From assembly GCA_964016885.1 (NCBI GenBank), contig OZ024741.1:148614001-148678000 (forward strand): a DNA stretch of 64,000 nucleotides. Direction: 5' to 3'. Of this stretch, positions 12,511-36,748 are shown piece after piece. Below the pieces are notes generated by a model. It ran no database searches. It had not been told where the DNA came from and saw only the letters and a program-made list of their open reading frames with translations. This DNA is from Eledone cirrhosa. Lineage: Eukaryota. Position 1 is the first letter of the stretch. Every line of letters begins with the position of its first letter. The position numbers and the translations under genes were made by a program.

Positions 12511-13191
12511 ATGTCTTCACCTATACTCAAAGTACCCTAATCTTCCAAAAACATACCTCTGATTTCTCTGTTTTTGAGGGGTTACTGTTATGAATCTCTC
12601 TTTTCTGAAGTAATATGTTGAGTGGAACCATCACTCTAACTTCAGTAACATGCCACCTCTCTAAACCTCCAGGTCAATTAGAATATAAACTGAATTGGTT
12701 TAATCAATCTGGAAAAGCATCTACTTTAACACCAACAGATGGAGTGCTCCACGAATGAATTATTTAGGAGGATGATACAATTATTTGTGTGTTGCTTTTT
12801 ATAGGTATAATTAAATGTCTGTGTGAACCTTTATTTAATTCATTAGAAGGAATTATAGGGAGTAATATAGAAACTGTAATATGACAGCAGTAGCTTGATG
12901 ATGTCATCACTCCCATACCAGTAATTGAAACAAGCTGGTTGTTGTTTCATTGGGAAGGTTGGGGTATGATTTTGAAGGATGTGTCTACTAACTAAAAAAT
13001 AGTTTAGTGAAAATGGGTTCTTTTGCAATATCTGTCTATAAAGAATTGAAATATATTGGCTCTGCTAACCCCATTACAAGCTACTACTTATCTATAAAGG
13101 CAAAAGCTTTAAATTAGAATTGATACATTATAGAAAGTATTCTTTTGTCTAGCCTCAGACAGTTAACTGATGCCAGTGTCATTATAAAATA

Positions 13192-13624
13192 CTAGCAGAA
13201 AAACCACCCTTGGGGTGGTTTTCTGCTAGCTTGTGTAGTGTGCATATTGATGTTATACGCAAGTATATATGCATGTAGATATGATACATCAAATAAAATC
13301 GTAATTGACAATATACACAAATTGAACGAAGACTGCGTTACACTGTCTTATGTAATCAGTAACATAATCCATGATACATTAAAAAAAGACGATATTATAT
13401 ATAAACTACATTAGGAGAAAATTAGTGACGGAAATATATGAATGTTTATTTAAGCGATCACTAACCGGAAGTGTTGACATTTATATTTAATCAAGAATAA
13501 CACAAATTTTTAGATAAATTATGTAATATTTATTCAAAGTAATCCAATTTATTTTACAAACGCAATAAAAAAAAAAAAATATTCTGGATGCAGTCCCGCA
13601 CTCCTTACTTTATGGTAGTTTAGA
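13192..13624 (-). mobile_element. Non-autonomous Helitron (~433 bp)
   Basis: Minus strand begins A|TCTAAAC and ends CTGCTAG|T (5'-TC, 3'-CTAG, A/T target, no TSD). GC-rich hairpin ACCACCC-ttg-GGGTGGT lies about 10 nt from the 3' end. Confidence 0.7.
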
Positions 13625-14685
13625 TAACCTGTACTCAGTCCATGTTTTTTTCTTCTTTGTTTTTGTTGCTGTTTGTGCTATATTTGATGGGAATGGGACA
13701 TGTCCAACCCATACCAGCATGGAAAAGCAGAGATAAAATGGGGATGAGGGTGAATCTTAGAGTATTGAATATATCTAAACAATTAAGTTTGAAATGACCC
13801 AGTCTTTTGGAAAACAGCCATGATTGCCTCTTTGATGTAGGTACATGTACTCAGTTTATTTAATTATTTTATTGTTTAGTTAGGGAGAGAAGGGCAGTAC
13901 CCACAACTTTTTCAGGGTGCCCTGAGACTGGTGAGGGGAGAGGAAGATATCCTTAAACCAGAAATTTGGTCCAAATGCTTGCAACAGAGTGGACTCTGCT
14001 AAAGGTGGTGGTGTTAAACCTGGAGCTAGATGAAAATATTGCAAGGCATCTCATCTGACGCTTTTAATAATTCTGCCAATTCTCTGCCTTGGATTGGTAC
14101 ATTATATTTTCAACTATAGGAGGATGAAAGGTGAGGCTGAACTCTTGATTGCAGAGAGCCCCAACAAATACTGCCAGGCATTTTTTCTTACCAATTTACT
14201 GCTTTGTGATCAAGTTATGTTAGTCATATGAAACCTACTTATACTGTTACATTGACTTTTGTTTTATATTTTGTAATTATTCTGTTATTTTTTACTGGTT
14301 TCAATCATTAGGCCATGAACATGCTGGGGCACTGGCATGAAAACATTTAGTGAATTATATTGTCCCCAGTATTTATTTTTTCAAGTTTGGTACTCATTTA
14401 ATCATTCTCTATTTGTTGAACTGCTAAGTTATGGAAGGGTCATAAACAAACAGTACTGGTTAAGCAGTGTAATTGTAAAGACATGTAGACATATGTACAT
14501 ATATGTGTATGTATATATATGTTGTATGTATATATATATATATGTTGTATGTATCCCAATTTTTAGAATTGATATCATGTATCCCTGCGTGTCATAAGCA
14601 ACTAAACAATTGGCTGACTGTAAAACATTGTCTTAAAACATCCCATCCAACCCATGCTAGCATGGAAAAAATAAATGTAAAAACG

Positions 14686-14726
<41 letters not shown>

Positions 14727-14910
14727 GGACTTTCCCCAGTTTCTGGCTATCAAATTTCAGTCACAAGGTATATATGTTATTAAGTACCAAAAATTTTGTT
14801 GTACATCTACAAGCTCAACAAAATATAACAAAAGTGATAATACTGTATATATGTTTAAAATGACGAATTGTAACTTATTTAGAATAAATACACTGTATCC
14901 TTGCATATTG

Positions 14911-15130
14911 TGAAGGTGCATGGCAGAGTAATTGGGGTGTTGGTTTTACAATTCTAATGTCATGGATGTGTTGATCCTTGAACAGAAAATTTCATTTCAC
15001 ATTACTCCAATCCATTCTGTTGTGATAGACTACCATCCTGTCCAGGGGACAGTATTGTACTCTCAGTTGCTTAGCACTAATAAAGCCCAGGTTAAGCTCT
15101 GGCTTCATGAGCCTCTTGGCTTGGGGCAGA
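14911..15130 (+). mobile_element. Diverged CORE-like SINE
   Basis: TGAAGGTGCATGGC head and CCTTGAACAGAAAATTTCATTTCACATTACTCCA core. Confidence 0.55.
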
Positions 15131-16102
15131 CTTTAAGTAATCCTTGTGTATTGTAAAAGCTGAGAGAGTGTTGGCACCAGGAACGGTATCTTGACCATAA
15201 AACACTTTTCCTCAGAAAGGGCCCATGATGAGTCTCAAACTAGTCATGTGACTCACAAAGTTAACTTAAGCTTGAGAAGGAAAATGGGCTTAAAATGCTT
15301 GTTGTGTTTTATGTGTTTGAAATGGCTGTTAGGACTAGCATGATCCAAAAATCAATATGCTATTATTTTCATATATCTAAAAAAAGGGTAAATTATATAT
15401 TTCAATTACATAGTTAAGTTGAATATAAAATTATTTCATACCAGGATTTTATATCTTATATGGATTTAGAAAAGTAATGTGTTTTTTTTTCTTTAAAAGT
15501 CGCAGTCTCTCTCACACACACACACATATATATATACATGCAAATACCACTCATACACAATTGTATATGCTCAGTTATGATATAATTATCTTAATCTATT
15601 AAGTCATGCTAAAACAGATGTTATCCATACCATGTGTAGTCTTCATTGATCATTATCAGTGAAGATCACCAGCTGATGTATTATACTTTCTTTAAAATGA
15701 ATTGAAACGTATTTGAAAACCTTTTGGGGTGGTAGATCAACCTGCCCAAAAGTGGTTATTGTTCTATGAAATTGCCACCCATTTTAAAAGGTTCCTATTT
15801 CAATTAAAATTCTCCAACATAGTTTTATACATTACTCTTTTGTTAAATTGTTAGAAATAACATGTTAATAATGAAATGATTAATAATTTCAGTGTGTCCA
15901 TTCAAATTCCTTATTAATTAATTGGTAATGAAAGAGTTAATCTGTTTCTCAGTTAAACACCATCATATGGCCCTTGGCTGCTTTTAGAAGAATCTAATTT
16001 GTTGCAAGCATTTGGGCCCAGTTTTTAGTTTGAGGATACTCTTGCCCCTTTATCACCCTACCTGAAAAAGATGATAGGTGCTACCCTTCATTCTGTGGTT
16101 AA

Positions 16103-16320
16103 CCCTTTTGTTACCATATTTCCAATAAAAGTCAGTATCTATGATTTTCAAATAACTTTGAAAATAATCAAGATTTTGGAGGGATTTTGTAAGATTTCTC
16201 ACTATTAATCTGGTGTTTGAAACAACATTTTTTACATGAAATTATGATGGAAAGTTTTTAAATAAATCTATTAATATTGTAGAACCATATGTGGTTTCAG
16301 GCAGTTTGCTATCAAAAGGG
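16103..16320. mobile_element. piggyBac-type MITE (degenerate relatives at ~4179-4345, ~5000-5325, ~15720-15940, ~16815-16950)
   Basis: TTAA|CCCTTTTGTTAC...CTATCAAAAGGG|TTCA termini. Confidence 0.6.
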
Positions 16321-17310
16321 TTCAACAAAAACAAATTTGAAGGTTCGTATTGAGACCACAAGAATTGACAGAGCCATTAGAGCATTGGATTTATTGTGGT
16401 ATTTATTCCAGATATCTTTGCTCTGAGGTCAACTTTGCGTTTCACCCTTTTGAGGGTCGATAAAGTGCCAGTCCTGAGTAAAGGTGGATTGGTAGAGTTG
16501 TTAGAACTTCAGATGAGATGCCTTGTCATATCTGCATTGGTTCTGTATTCTTAGTTCAAAACCTGCATCTTGTCATTTGCAAAAAAGTACTACACAATCA
16601 TTAGGGCTTCACTTTCTGTGCTATATATTTCTGATTGGCTTATATTTGATGTTTGCAATGTTTTAATCCAATCCAAAAATACATTATGGAAGCGTGACCT
16701 ATATTTCTTTTGACATAGGAATAGAGAGCAGGGAAGCAGATAAAGATTTAGGCTTAAACTTTTCATTGTATGAAGTAAGGCTAAGTTTTTTCTTTCTCCC
16801 TTGAGAGAGAGAGCATTAACCATATTTCGAATAAAAGGTTTAATAATATAACTTTCTCATTATTAAGCTGGTGTTTGGAGCATAACTTAACAAAGGTTCT
16901 TCTATAAAATTATGATGGAAGGTCTTTAGATAAGTAAATATTTTATATTTCTGCAATTTATTGTTTGTCTCCACTCATCTTTTGGACTGTTCTCAATTCT
17001 GTTCTTCCCAAACTTCTCTGATACTGACCCATGCCTTGCTCCCACGAATCATGCCATTTTTCACATATGTAGCACATTTTGACAACAAACTCACTCTTAA
17101 TAGCACACCACTCAGATACTGTTGTGGAATTTGATCCACTCTCTCCACTCAACAATCTCTGATATTATAAGATGTTTCCACATCATTTCTAAGATCCAGC
17201 TCACCATCTTCGCCATCTGTAGCTCCTTCCAAACACACTTTACGCATAAATATAGCTGCCACATTATTTAATAATCCCATCACATATAATAGCAGGAAAT
17301 AAATAGCTGT

Positions 17311-18710
17311 TATCATCATCTAACTTCCACTTTCCCAGCTAGCAAGAGTTTGATGGGTCTACATAGACTAAGTCAGTATTGAAGCGGGGCGACAGATCTC
17401 CCAGACAGTCATATCAAGTGCAGAGAAGTTGACGTGTCTTTTGACACAAACTGAAGGGTCCTTCTAACCCCTTGATTGACAAACCTATGCCCTTCCTAAC
17501 GCCAACCACTTCATAGTGTGTACTGGGCTTAGGGTTAGGGTTAGATCACTAACACTAGAGAGGTTGTTGTGTCTTTGTACAACTAAAGGGTCCTCTCTAC
17601 CCTTTTAGACATGGTTTCTACAGTGAGGTGCCTTTTCTGTTGCCAACCACCCTTACAGAGTGTACCAATTGCATTTTTGTGGCACTATCGCTAGAGTGGT
17701 TGTTGGTCATATACCCATTTGTAGAGCCCTCTTAGCACTGGGGATGAGGGCGATAGGGGAGGGAAATAGGTATGGAGATTTGGTAAGGCAATGAGTAAAG
17801 GGTAGGTGTGGCTGATTGGTGTGAGGGGTGGGGGAATGGTGGAGAGATAGATGGGGGGAGGGGTAGCTGGTTAGTGTATGGGGAGATTGGATGTAGTGGG
17901 ATGGGGGATGTGATTGATAAAGAGGAAGGTCATGCTCAAGAGAAAGGTATTGAGATAAGGGGTGGTAGTAGGGGTAAACTGGGGTGCAATGGTGAGGATA
18001 TCTAAGGTCCTTAGAGGGGAGGGTAGTAGTTAAGGTATGGTGGAGAGTGCTATTAAGAGGGAAAGGGAGGGATTCATGGATGGGTCAGGTCATATTGTAT
18101 GCTTCTAGTTGGGTCATCATTGCAGTTTATCACCAACCCTCTTGATTCTTTGTCATCTCAGTTGTGTGGCTTAGTTTCTTAACTATCTCACTATCTCATC
18201 CCATGTCATCCTTGGTCTGCCTTTTCCTTGAGTTCCAGCTGCTGGGATTGTTCTGCATTTCTTTATGCAGCTGCTATTTTCCATACACATCACATATCCA
18301 TATTAGTGTAGTTGTCTGTCTTGCATACTACATCCAACTTATGCCAAGTTTTCCTCTCAGTTATACTACGTTGCTCATGCACACTAATATTACACATTCA
18401 TCGGAGCATACTCGCTTCATTTTACTCCAGGCATTTTAGGTCTCCTGCGGATAAGGCCCATGTTTCATTGCCATGTAGCATTGCAGTTCACACACAGGCA
18501 TCAAACAGTTGACCCTTCATTCTGAGTGAGAAGTCCTTTGTGGTCAGCGGAAGTATCAGCTCTCTAAACTTCCAGCCTGTTCTGATCCTGGCTATCACAC
18601 TCTCGGTGCATCCTCCCCCACTGCTAATTTGATTGCCTAAGTAACAAAAGCTGTTGACAACTTCTAAGGAGCTTCTTTTGCAGCTGAAGGAATCTATTTC
18701 ACGTGTGTTC
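17311..18710 (-). mobile_element. Old RTE LINE 3' portion (different subfamily, long G-rich 3'UTR)
   Basis: SLEVVNSFCYLGNQISSGGGCTESVIARIRTGWKFREL on the minus strand, and a (CAT)n tail at 17311. Confidence 0.8.
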
Positions 18711-19216
18711 TTAGGAAGGGTATGTTCCAATTTATATGGAATTCATTGATGTTTAATAAGTTTGGTAAAATATGATTGCCTATCATAAAAGATATTACTA
18801 TATATAAACCATGCCAAATTACTACATTTTTGTGTTTCATTATGAAAATAGTTAGGTGGATGAGTGGTATATTGCTGAGAGAGAGAGAGGAAGACAAAAT
18901 TAATTGCAGAGGATGTTTGGAATAGAAACAGTGTTGAATGTTGCACCGATAGATGGAATGAGATGATTGAATCATGTGTTGAGGAAAGATGACTATGATT
19001 GGGTGAGATGAGTAATGGAAATGAATGTGTAAGGAAGTAGAGGAAGGGGAGGACTAAGAAAGACATAGCTAGATATGATGGAAAAAAAAATTAAAGCAAG
19101 GATTTGGTGAGAGGGGTGCAGTGGAATTGATAGAGGAAAATGGAGAAGCTTGTCTAGCAACAGCATCATCACTGGAACTTTTTGTTTACTTGCATGGGCT
19201 GGGGTGAGACTTTTAA

Positions 19217-19440
19217 CCCTTTTTTAGCATTTAAACCGGCCATATCCAGCCAGAATTCACTCACCTCTTTCTGTTCAAACAGGCCATAACTGGCCACTCA
19301 TACTAATGTTAAGGTGTTGTTCTCAAAATAAATAACATCAAGATCTCGTAGAATCGATATTATGTGAGATAATTATGTAAGATAAAGCCTTTACCACAAA
19401 AATACAATAGTAAATATAGAGTAATGTGAATGCTAAAGGG
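19217..19440. mobile_element. piggyBac-type MITE
   Basis: TTAA on both sides. TIRs CCCTTT(TTT)AGCATT / AATGCTAAAGGG. Confidence 0.8.
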
Positions 19441-19755
19441 TTAAAGAAGATTTTCTTTGATCTTTCCTGGTGCCAACCCATACATTATTTCTAAGTAATG
19501 ATTGGCTCAAGGTCACCTAATAGGAGTTATGAACCTGACTCCACTATCGATCTGCTCCTCAGACTGGTGACGTGACAAAAAAAAAATGTGAACGAAACGT
19601 CCTCGTTTTTTTTTTTTTTTTTATTATATACTCTGCCTGTGCATAGAGTGCTTGATTTGGTACCATCACCAGTAATTCACTGTACCACCTACACTATATA
19701 TATATATATATAATGTGTGTGTGTATGTATGTATATGTGTGTATATATGTATATG

Positions 19756-19796
<41 letters not shown>

Positions 19797-19798
<2 letters not shown>

Positions 19799-21740
19799 TC
19801 ATCATCGTTTAACGTCTGTCTTCCACGGTAGTATGGGTTAGACGGGAGTTGTCTCAATTTGAGGCAAGGCTGGTCGGGTGACCGTGTCTCGCTCGTATAG
19901 GACTACGTGGCAGGTTTTCTACAGCTGGATGCCCTTCCTAACACCAACCATATTTAGTGTGGAACTGGGAGGTTTTTACCGTGTTACCTACACGGCCACA
20001 TTACAGCGTCGACTGTGTGTGTTTTTGTCGTGACACCTACACGACCTCAATTGTTTCGGGCTGGATGTTGTGGTACCAACATAACTTTACATTGAAAGGG
20101 GTGGTGTGGATGGGGTGGGGGTAGTGGGACGGGGGTGTATTTTGTTGGAGGTGCCTACTGACTGTAGTAGGTTTCACTTTGTACTTAGGTAAGGCGGGTC
20201 TTCTCTATTACTGTGTAGCGCCAAAGATCTCGGTCCAATGACATTGTCTTGGAGAGGTGTAAGTGTGTGAGGTCGGAATTTATCAAGTCGTCCCAGGTTT
20301 TTCTGGGTCTGCCTACTCCGTGGTTACCGTCTATTTTTATTGCCCTGCACTTTTGTATACAGCTATCGTCTTTCATGCGCATCACGTGACCATACCAACG
20401 TAGCCTTCTCTCGAGTAAACAACATCTGATCCCTCTTATTTCTAATTTTTCCCTTAGTTTGTTTATGCTTTGCTGTTCACGTATATTACTATTACACATC
20501 CAGCGGAGCATGCAAGCTTCGTTCCTCTCCAGTCTGCGTATATCCTCTGCACACAATGCCCAGGTCTCACTGCCATGCAACATTGCTGTTCGTTTGCAGG
20601 CATCATACAGCCTGCCTTTCATTTTTAGGGAGAACCCTCTAGCGGCTAATAGTGGTATAAGCTCTCTGAACTTTTTCCATCCAGTTCTGACTCTAGCTAC
20701 TGTACTTTCAGAGCACCCTCCCCCACTGCTGATTTTGTCACCCAGGTAACGGAAGCTGTCCACTATTTCTATAGAACCATCTGTGCAATGCAATGAGCTA
20801 GTATTTTGTGGGCACTTGCTGCTACTTATTGCACCAGAGCAACGGCCACATATAAAATCTATGTTCTTAGTTAGCTTACCTGTGATCCCACTACATCTTT
20901 TATCCACCCATACTTTGCATTTGGGACATAAAATGGAGTTTCAACCTACTCCTTTCCTAGACACTGAGCATGGCCATTTCCCGGATGCGACCGGCGCCCT
21001 ATTTTTCTTCCTACGAACTAGAACTTTAGTCTTAGACAGGTTAATTTTAAGGCCTTTTGATTCTAGGCCATGCTACCATGTTTGGAATTTCTTCTCTAGT
21101 TCGGCCATTGATTCAGCTATGAGCGTTAGATCATCTGCGTATAGGAGTTCCCACGGGCAGCGGTCTTGAACTCCACTGGTATAGCCTGAAGGACAATAAT
21201 AAATAGTCTGGGGCTAAGAACGGAGCCCTGCTGAACACCAACTTTTACGCTAAACTCTTCACTATATTCGTTGTTAATTCTAACCTTGCTGACTGTTTCT
21301 TTATACATGGCTTGTATAGCTCTCACAAGCCATTCATCAACACCTAGTTTTCTAAGAGCCCACCAGATAATGGAACGGGGGACTCTGTCGAAGGCTTTCT
21401 CCAAGTCGACAAAAGCTAAGTATAGGGGTTTACTTTTATCTAGGTACTTCTCCTGTAGTTGCCGTACAATGAAAAGAGCGTCTGTGGTACTTTTGCCTGA
21501 CACAAACCCGAACTGCATTTCATCTAGATCAATTTTCTCTTTGATTAGTTGCGCTATTACTTTTTCTGAGACCTTCATGACCTGGTTGATTAATTTAATG
21601 CCTCTATAGTTACTCCTATCTAGGGCATCTCCTTTACCCTTGTAGCAGTTAATGATGATGCTGCTACGCCAGTCCTTTGGAACAACCCCATTCTGTATAA
21701 CTTGGTTTACTATCCGGGTGACCAAGGTAGTATCTAGTCA
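19797..21740 (-). mobile_element. 5'-truncated RTE LINE (RT, PHD insert, C-terminus, 3'UTR)
   Basis: ORF pieces 21126-21725 (NYRGIKL, QFGF, FVDLEKAFDRVP, GVQQGSVLSP) and 20185-20907 ([18 protein letters not shown]). (GAT)n tail. TA arrays on both sides. Confidence 0.95.
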
Positions 21741-24310
<2,570 letters not shown>

Positions 24311-25747
24311 TCATCATCATCATCATCATCAACGTTTAACGTCCGTGTTCCACGCTTGCATGGGTTTGGACGGGGGTAGTCCCACTTGAGGCAAGAGTGA
24401 TTGTCTTGCTCGCATAGGACTGTCTGGCAGGTTTTCTACAGTTGGATGCCCTTCCTAACACCAACCACATTTACAGTGTGGGTCTGGGAGGTTTTTACCG
24501 TGTTGCCTACACGGCCACATTACAGCGTGGACTGTGTGTTTTTTTGTCGTGACACCTACACGATCTCATTTGTTTCGGCCTCGAAGGCGCGGCACCAACA
24601 TAACTTTACATAGAACGGGGTGGTGTGGATCGGGTGGGGGTGGGGGTGGTGGGACGGGGTGTATTTTGTTAGAGATGCCTACTGGCTGGAGTAGGTTTTA
24701 CTATATATTTAGGTAAGGCGGGTCTTCTCTGTTACTGAGTACCGCCAAAGGTCTCGGTCCAGTGACATTGTCTTGGAGAGGTGTAAGTGTGTGATGTCGG
24801 AGTTTATCAGCTCGTCCCAGGTTTTTCTAGGTCTGCCTATTCCGTGACTACCGTCTATCTTTATTGCCCTGCACTTTGTTATACAGCTATCGACTTTCAT
24901 GCGCATCACGTGTCCATACCAACGTAGCCTTCTCTCGAGTAAACAACATCTGATCCCTCTTATCTCTAATTTTTTCCTTAGTTCGTTTATGCTTTGCTGT
25001 TCACGTATATTACTGTTACACATCCAGCGGAGCATGCAAGCTTCGTTCCTCTCTAGTCTGCGTATATCCTCTGCACACAATGCCCAGGTCTCACTGCCAT
25101 GCAGCATTGCTGTTCGTATGCAGGCATCGTACAACCTGCCTTTCATTTTTAGTGAGAACCCTTTAGCAGCTAATAGTGGTATAAGCTCTCTGAACTTTTT
25201 CCAACCAGTTCTGACTCTAGCTACAGTACTTTCAGAGCACCCTCCCCCACTGCTGATTTTATCGCCCAGGTAACGGAAGCTGTCCACTATTTCTATAGAA
25301 CCCTCTGCGCAATTGAAAGAGCTAGTAGTTTGTGGGCACTTGCTGCTACTTATTGCACCAGAGCACCGGCCACATGTAAAATCTATGTTCTTAGTTAGCT
25401 TACCTGTGATCCCACTACATCTTTTATGCACCCATACTTTGCATTTAGGACATAAAATGGAGTTTCTACCTACGCCTTTCCTACACACCGAGCACGACCA
25501 TTTCCCAGAAGGGACCGCCGCCTTGTTTTCTTTCCTACAAACTAGCACTTTGGTCTTAGCCAGGTTAATTTTAAGTCCTTTTGACTCTAGGCCGTGCTTC
25601 CATGTTTGGAATTTCTTCTCTAGCTCGCCATTGATTCCGCTATGAGTGTCAGGTCGTCTGCGTATAGGAGTTCCCATGGGCAGCCTGTCTTGAACTCCTC
25701 TGTTATAGCCTGAAGGGCAATAATAAATAGTAGTGGACTGAGAACAG
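24311..25747 (-). mobile_element. 5'-truncated RTE LINE
   Basis: [19 protein letters not shown] insert, C-terminus ending EKTRLT*, and a 3'UTR with GGACGTTAAACGTTGATGATG. Confidence 0.95.
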
Positions 25748-25761
25748 ATATAAATATATAT

Positions 25762-25808
<47 letters not shown>

Positions 25809-25828
25809 TATATATGTGTATATATATG

Positions 25829-25891
<63 letters not shown>

Positions 25892-25961
25892 GAATATATA
25901 TGTATATATGTATATATGTATATATATATATGTATATATATATAAAATGTATATATATATG

Positions 25962-26024
<63 letters not shown>

Positions 26025-26113
26025 GTATATATATATGTATATGTATATATATATGTATATATGTATATGTATATATGTATGTATGTATATATATATGTAT
26101 GTATATATATATG

Positions 26114-26147
<34 letters not shown>

Positions 26148-26171
26148 TGTATGTATATATATATGTATATA

Positions 26172-26216
<45 letters not shown>

Positions 26217-26281
26217 GTATGTATATATATATATATGTATGTATATGTATGTATATATATATATATGTATGTATATGTATG

Positions 26282-26312
<31 letters not shown>

Positions 26313-26443
26313 GTATATATATATATGTATATATATATATGTATATATATATATGTATATATATATATACATATATATATATACATATATATATATACAT
26401 ATATATATATATGTATATATATATATATGTATATGTATATATG

Positions 26444-26474
<31 letters not shown>

Positions 26475-26673
26475 GTATATATATATATGTATATATATAT
26501 ATGTATATATATATGTATATATATGTATATATATATATGTATATATATATATGTATATATATATATACATATATATATATACATATATATATATACATAT
26601 ATATATATACATATATATATATACATATATATATATATGTATATATGTATATGTATATATGTATATGTATATG

Positions 26674-26720
<47 letters not shown>

Positions 26721-26763
26721 GTATATATATATATGTATATATATATATGTATATATATATATG

Positions 26764-26848
<85 letters not shown>

Positions 26849-26938
26849 GTATATATATATGTATATATGTATATATATATGTATATATATATGTATAATA
26901 TATGTATATATGTATATATGTATATGTATATATATATG

Positions 26939-27001
<63 letters not shown>

Positions 27002-27056
27002 GTATATGTATATGTATATGTATATATATGTATATGTATATATATATATGTATATG

Positions 27057-27090
<34 letters not shown>

Positions 27091-27190
27091 TGTATATGTA
27101 TATATATATATATGTATATATGTATATATGTATATATATATATATGTATATATGTATATATATATATATGTATATATGTATATATATATG

Positions 27191-27244
<54 letters not shown>

Positions 27245-27426
27245 TGTATATTATATATATGTATATGTATATGTATATATATATATATATGTATATATAT
27301 GTATATATATGTATATATATGTATATGTATATATATATGTATATATATATATGTATATATATATGTATGCATATATATATATATGTATATATATATATGT
27401 ATATATGTATATGTATATATATATAT
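25748..27426. repeat. Giant interrupted (TA)n/(TG) microsatellite
   Basis: Directly visible. Confidence 0.97.
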
Positions 27427-28183
27427 ATTAAAATATAGAGAAAAATACTGCAGGTAGCACATGGTAACATGTAATAAAATAAGTCCCTCATCAGTGATTT
27501 GCCGAAGATCATAGATATTTCATTGCATTAAAAATCATATATCTCACTTCGGTGCAATAATAACCAAAATAAGTTATTAGGACAATTAAAACGCGTAAAG
27601 CGAGTGAGACAGGAGAACAACAAAATATAGCATACCTTAGGGGTGAAACAAGCTTCAAAAATTATTCGTTTAGCATAAGCTAGGTGAATATATGAGAGCT
27701 TAGAGAATAGTACCAACACGAACGAAAGCTATTGAGCAGAGAGAGAAAAAATAGCGTTCGTGAGTGCAGGATGAAATGAAGAGAAGAGGGAGAAAAACAG
27801 TGAGTGAATGAAAGTGTGAGGAAGAGTTAACGGACAAGACAGAGGGGGAGAAACAGAGAGAATGGGGGAACAGTAAGAGAGAGAGAGAAAAAACACAGAA
27901 TCGCAGTGGTAAATATATGTATTAAAATATAGAGAAAAATACTGCAGGTAGCACATGGTAACATGTAATAAAATAAGTCCCTCATCAGTGATTTGCCGAA
28001 GATCATAGATATTTCATTGCATTAAAAATCATATATCTCACTTCGGTGCAATAATACCAAATAAGTTATTAGGACAATTAAAACGCGTAAAGCGAGTGAG
28101 ACAGGAGAACAACAGAAAATATAGCATACCGTAGGGGAGAAACAAGCTTCAAAAATTATTCTGTTTAGCATAAGCTAGGTGAG
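27427..28183 (-). mobile_element. Partial tandem repeat element (494-bp period, ~1.5 copies), Penelope-pLTR-like
   Basis: 27427.. is repeated at 27921... Each copy has minus-strand CTGATGA (27488-27494, 27982-27988) but no matching GAAA. Confidence 0.65.
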
Positions 28184-32564
<4,381 letters not shown>

Positions 32565-32913
32565 TTCGTTTCTGAATTTGTTTAGCAAGATTCTTTATCT
32601 GAAATCGTGTGTTGAAACCGATATTGTTATACTTTGGGAGGGTCATGTTGCCATTTTCTGGCGTAGGATAGAAGAAAGGAAAGGCACAGAAACGAAGAAA
32701 GAAATCCCCAGTCACTGAAGAGGTCACAGAGTGTGTGACGAAAGAACTATGACTATATATATATAAACAACTATCTGGTTGTGGAACCAACCAACCAACC
32801 AGAAATTTATAAATTTGTAAATTTATAAATATATATTAAATTAAATTGAAGTGAAAGCAACTGGTGCGTGTGTTTCTTATTGGCAACATGACCCTCCCAA
32901 AGTATAACAATAT
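32565..32913 (+). mobile_element. Penelope-like non-autonomous island with a perfect 33-bp inverted repeat
   Basis: 32621-32653 is the reverse complement of 32881-32913. A second family copy lies at ~38020-38500. Confidence 0.75.
32710..32754 (+). ncRNA. Minimal type I hammerhead ribozyme
   Basis: AGTCA-CTGAAGA-G-GTCACA gagtg TGTGAC-GAAA-GAAC-TA-TGACT: 5-bp helix I, 6-bp helix II, minimal helix III. Confidence 0.7.
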
Positions 32914-35882
<2,969 letters not shown>

Positions 35883-36643
35883 TACTCTTTTACTCTTTTA
35901 CCTGTTTCAGCCATCCGGCTGAGGCCATGCTGGGCACAGCCCTTGTTGCTACACATTTTATCTCCAGCCTGTATAGGTTGGCCACTGGTGTAGGAGGGAG
36001 TTTGTTGCTGCTGCCCTTAGGTTTCCCTCGTGTCTTGCTGTGGGCTCATCCGGGATCCTGGATAACAAGGTGTCGAGATGTTTCTTAAAGACATCCACCT
36101 CCACGTCTTCGCTCCAAGGAGTAGAGGTTCAGTTCCTTCAGCCTCTCCCAGTAGCTTGTCTCCCTCATCTTGGCAATCCTCTTGGTGTAGCTTCGCTGGA
36201 TTGCCTCAAGCTCTGTGGTTAGTTTGACACTATGGGGTGACCACAGCTGGGAGCAGTAGTCCAGGCGGCTTAGGACAAAAGTCCTCCACAGTGTCAACAT
36301 GGTGTCTCGATCTCTTGTAAGGAAAGTCCTCAAGATCCAGCCAGCGAATCGTCTACATGCTGTCGCCACCTTCATGATGTGTGAAGAAAAAGATGCATCA
36401 TCGCTCATGTCTATGCCCAGGTCTCGTATCGATTTTGACACGGGGATATCGGTCCCTCCTGGTCCTGTGTAGCTGTGTTCCGCTATATTTGTGTTTGTGT
36501 TTGCAGGTTTGTATTGTAGGGCTTGGAATTTGCCAGCATTAAACTGCATGTTGTTTTCTTCCGCCCATCTGTATATGGCATCCAGATCCTGCTGTAAGAG
36601 GGCAGCGTCAGCCGGGTTTTTGATTGCCTGTGCTACCTTAGTG
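35883..36643 (-). mobile_element. CR1-like LINE 3' fragment with internal deletion
   Basis: [64 protein letters not shown]. Tail CTGAAACAGG(TAAAAGAG)n. Confidence 0.9.
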
Positions 36644-36698
36644 CTATATATGTATATGTGTATGTATATATATGTATATGTATATATTTATATGTATA

Positions 36699-36748
<50 letters not shown>

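Noticed and set aside
12670-12760. Possible exon GQLEYKLNWFNQSGKAST..
   Set aside because: Short, ends in a stop, has weak splice context and no recognisable homology.
17525-17544. Telomere-like GGGCTTAGGGTTAGGGTTAG
   Set aside because: Only ~3 units, inside a decayed repeat; not an interstitial telomere of note.
17740-18090. G-quadruplex-prone tract (also 42715-42760)
   Set aside because: It is the antisense of C-rich RTE segments; no independent evidence of function.
24709-27462. 917-aa ORF fusing an IY repeat to the RTE C-terminus (similarly 56857-57729 and 46166-46798)
   Set aside because: Chance in-frame read-through from a microsatellite into a truncated LINE.
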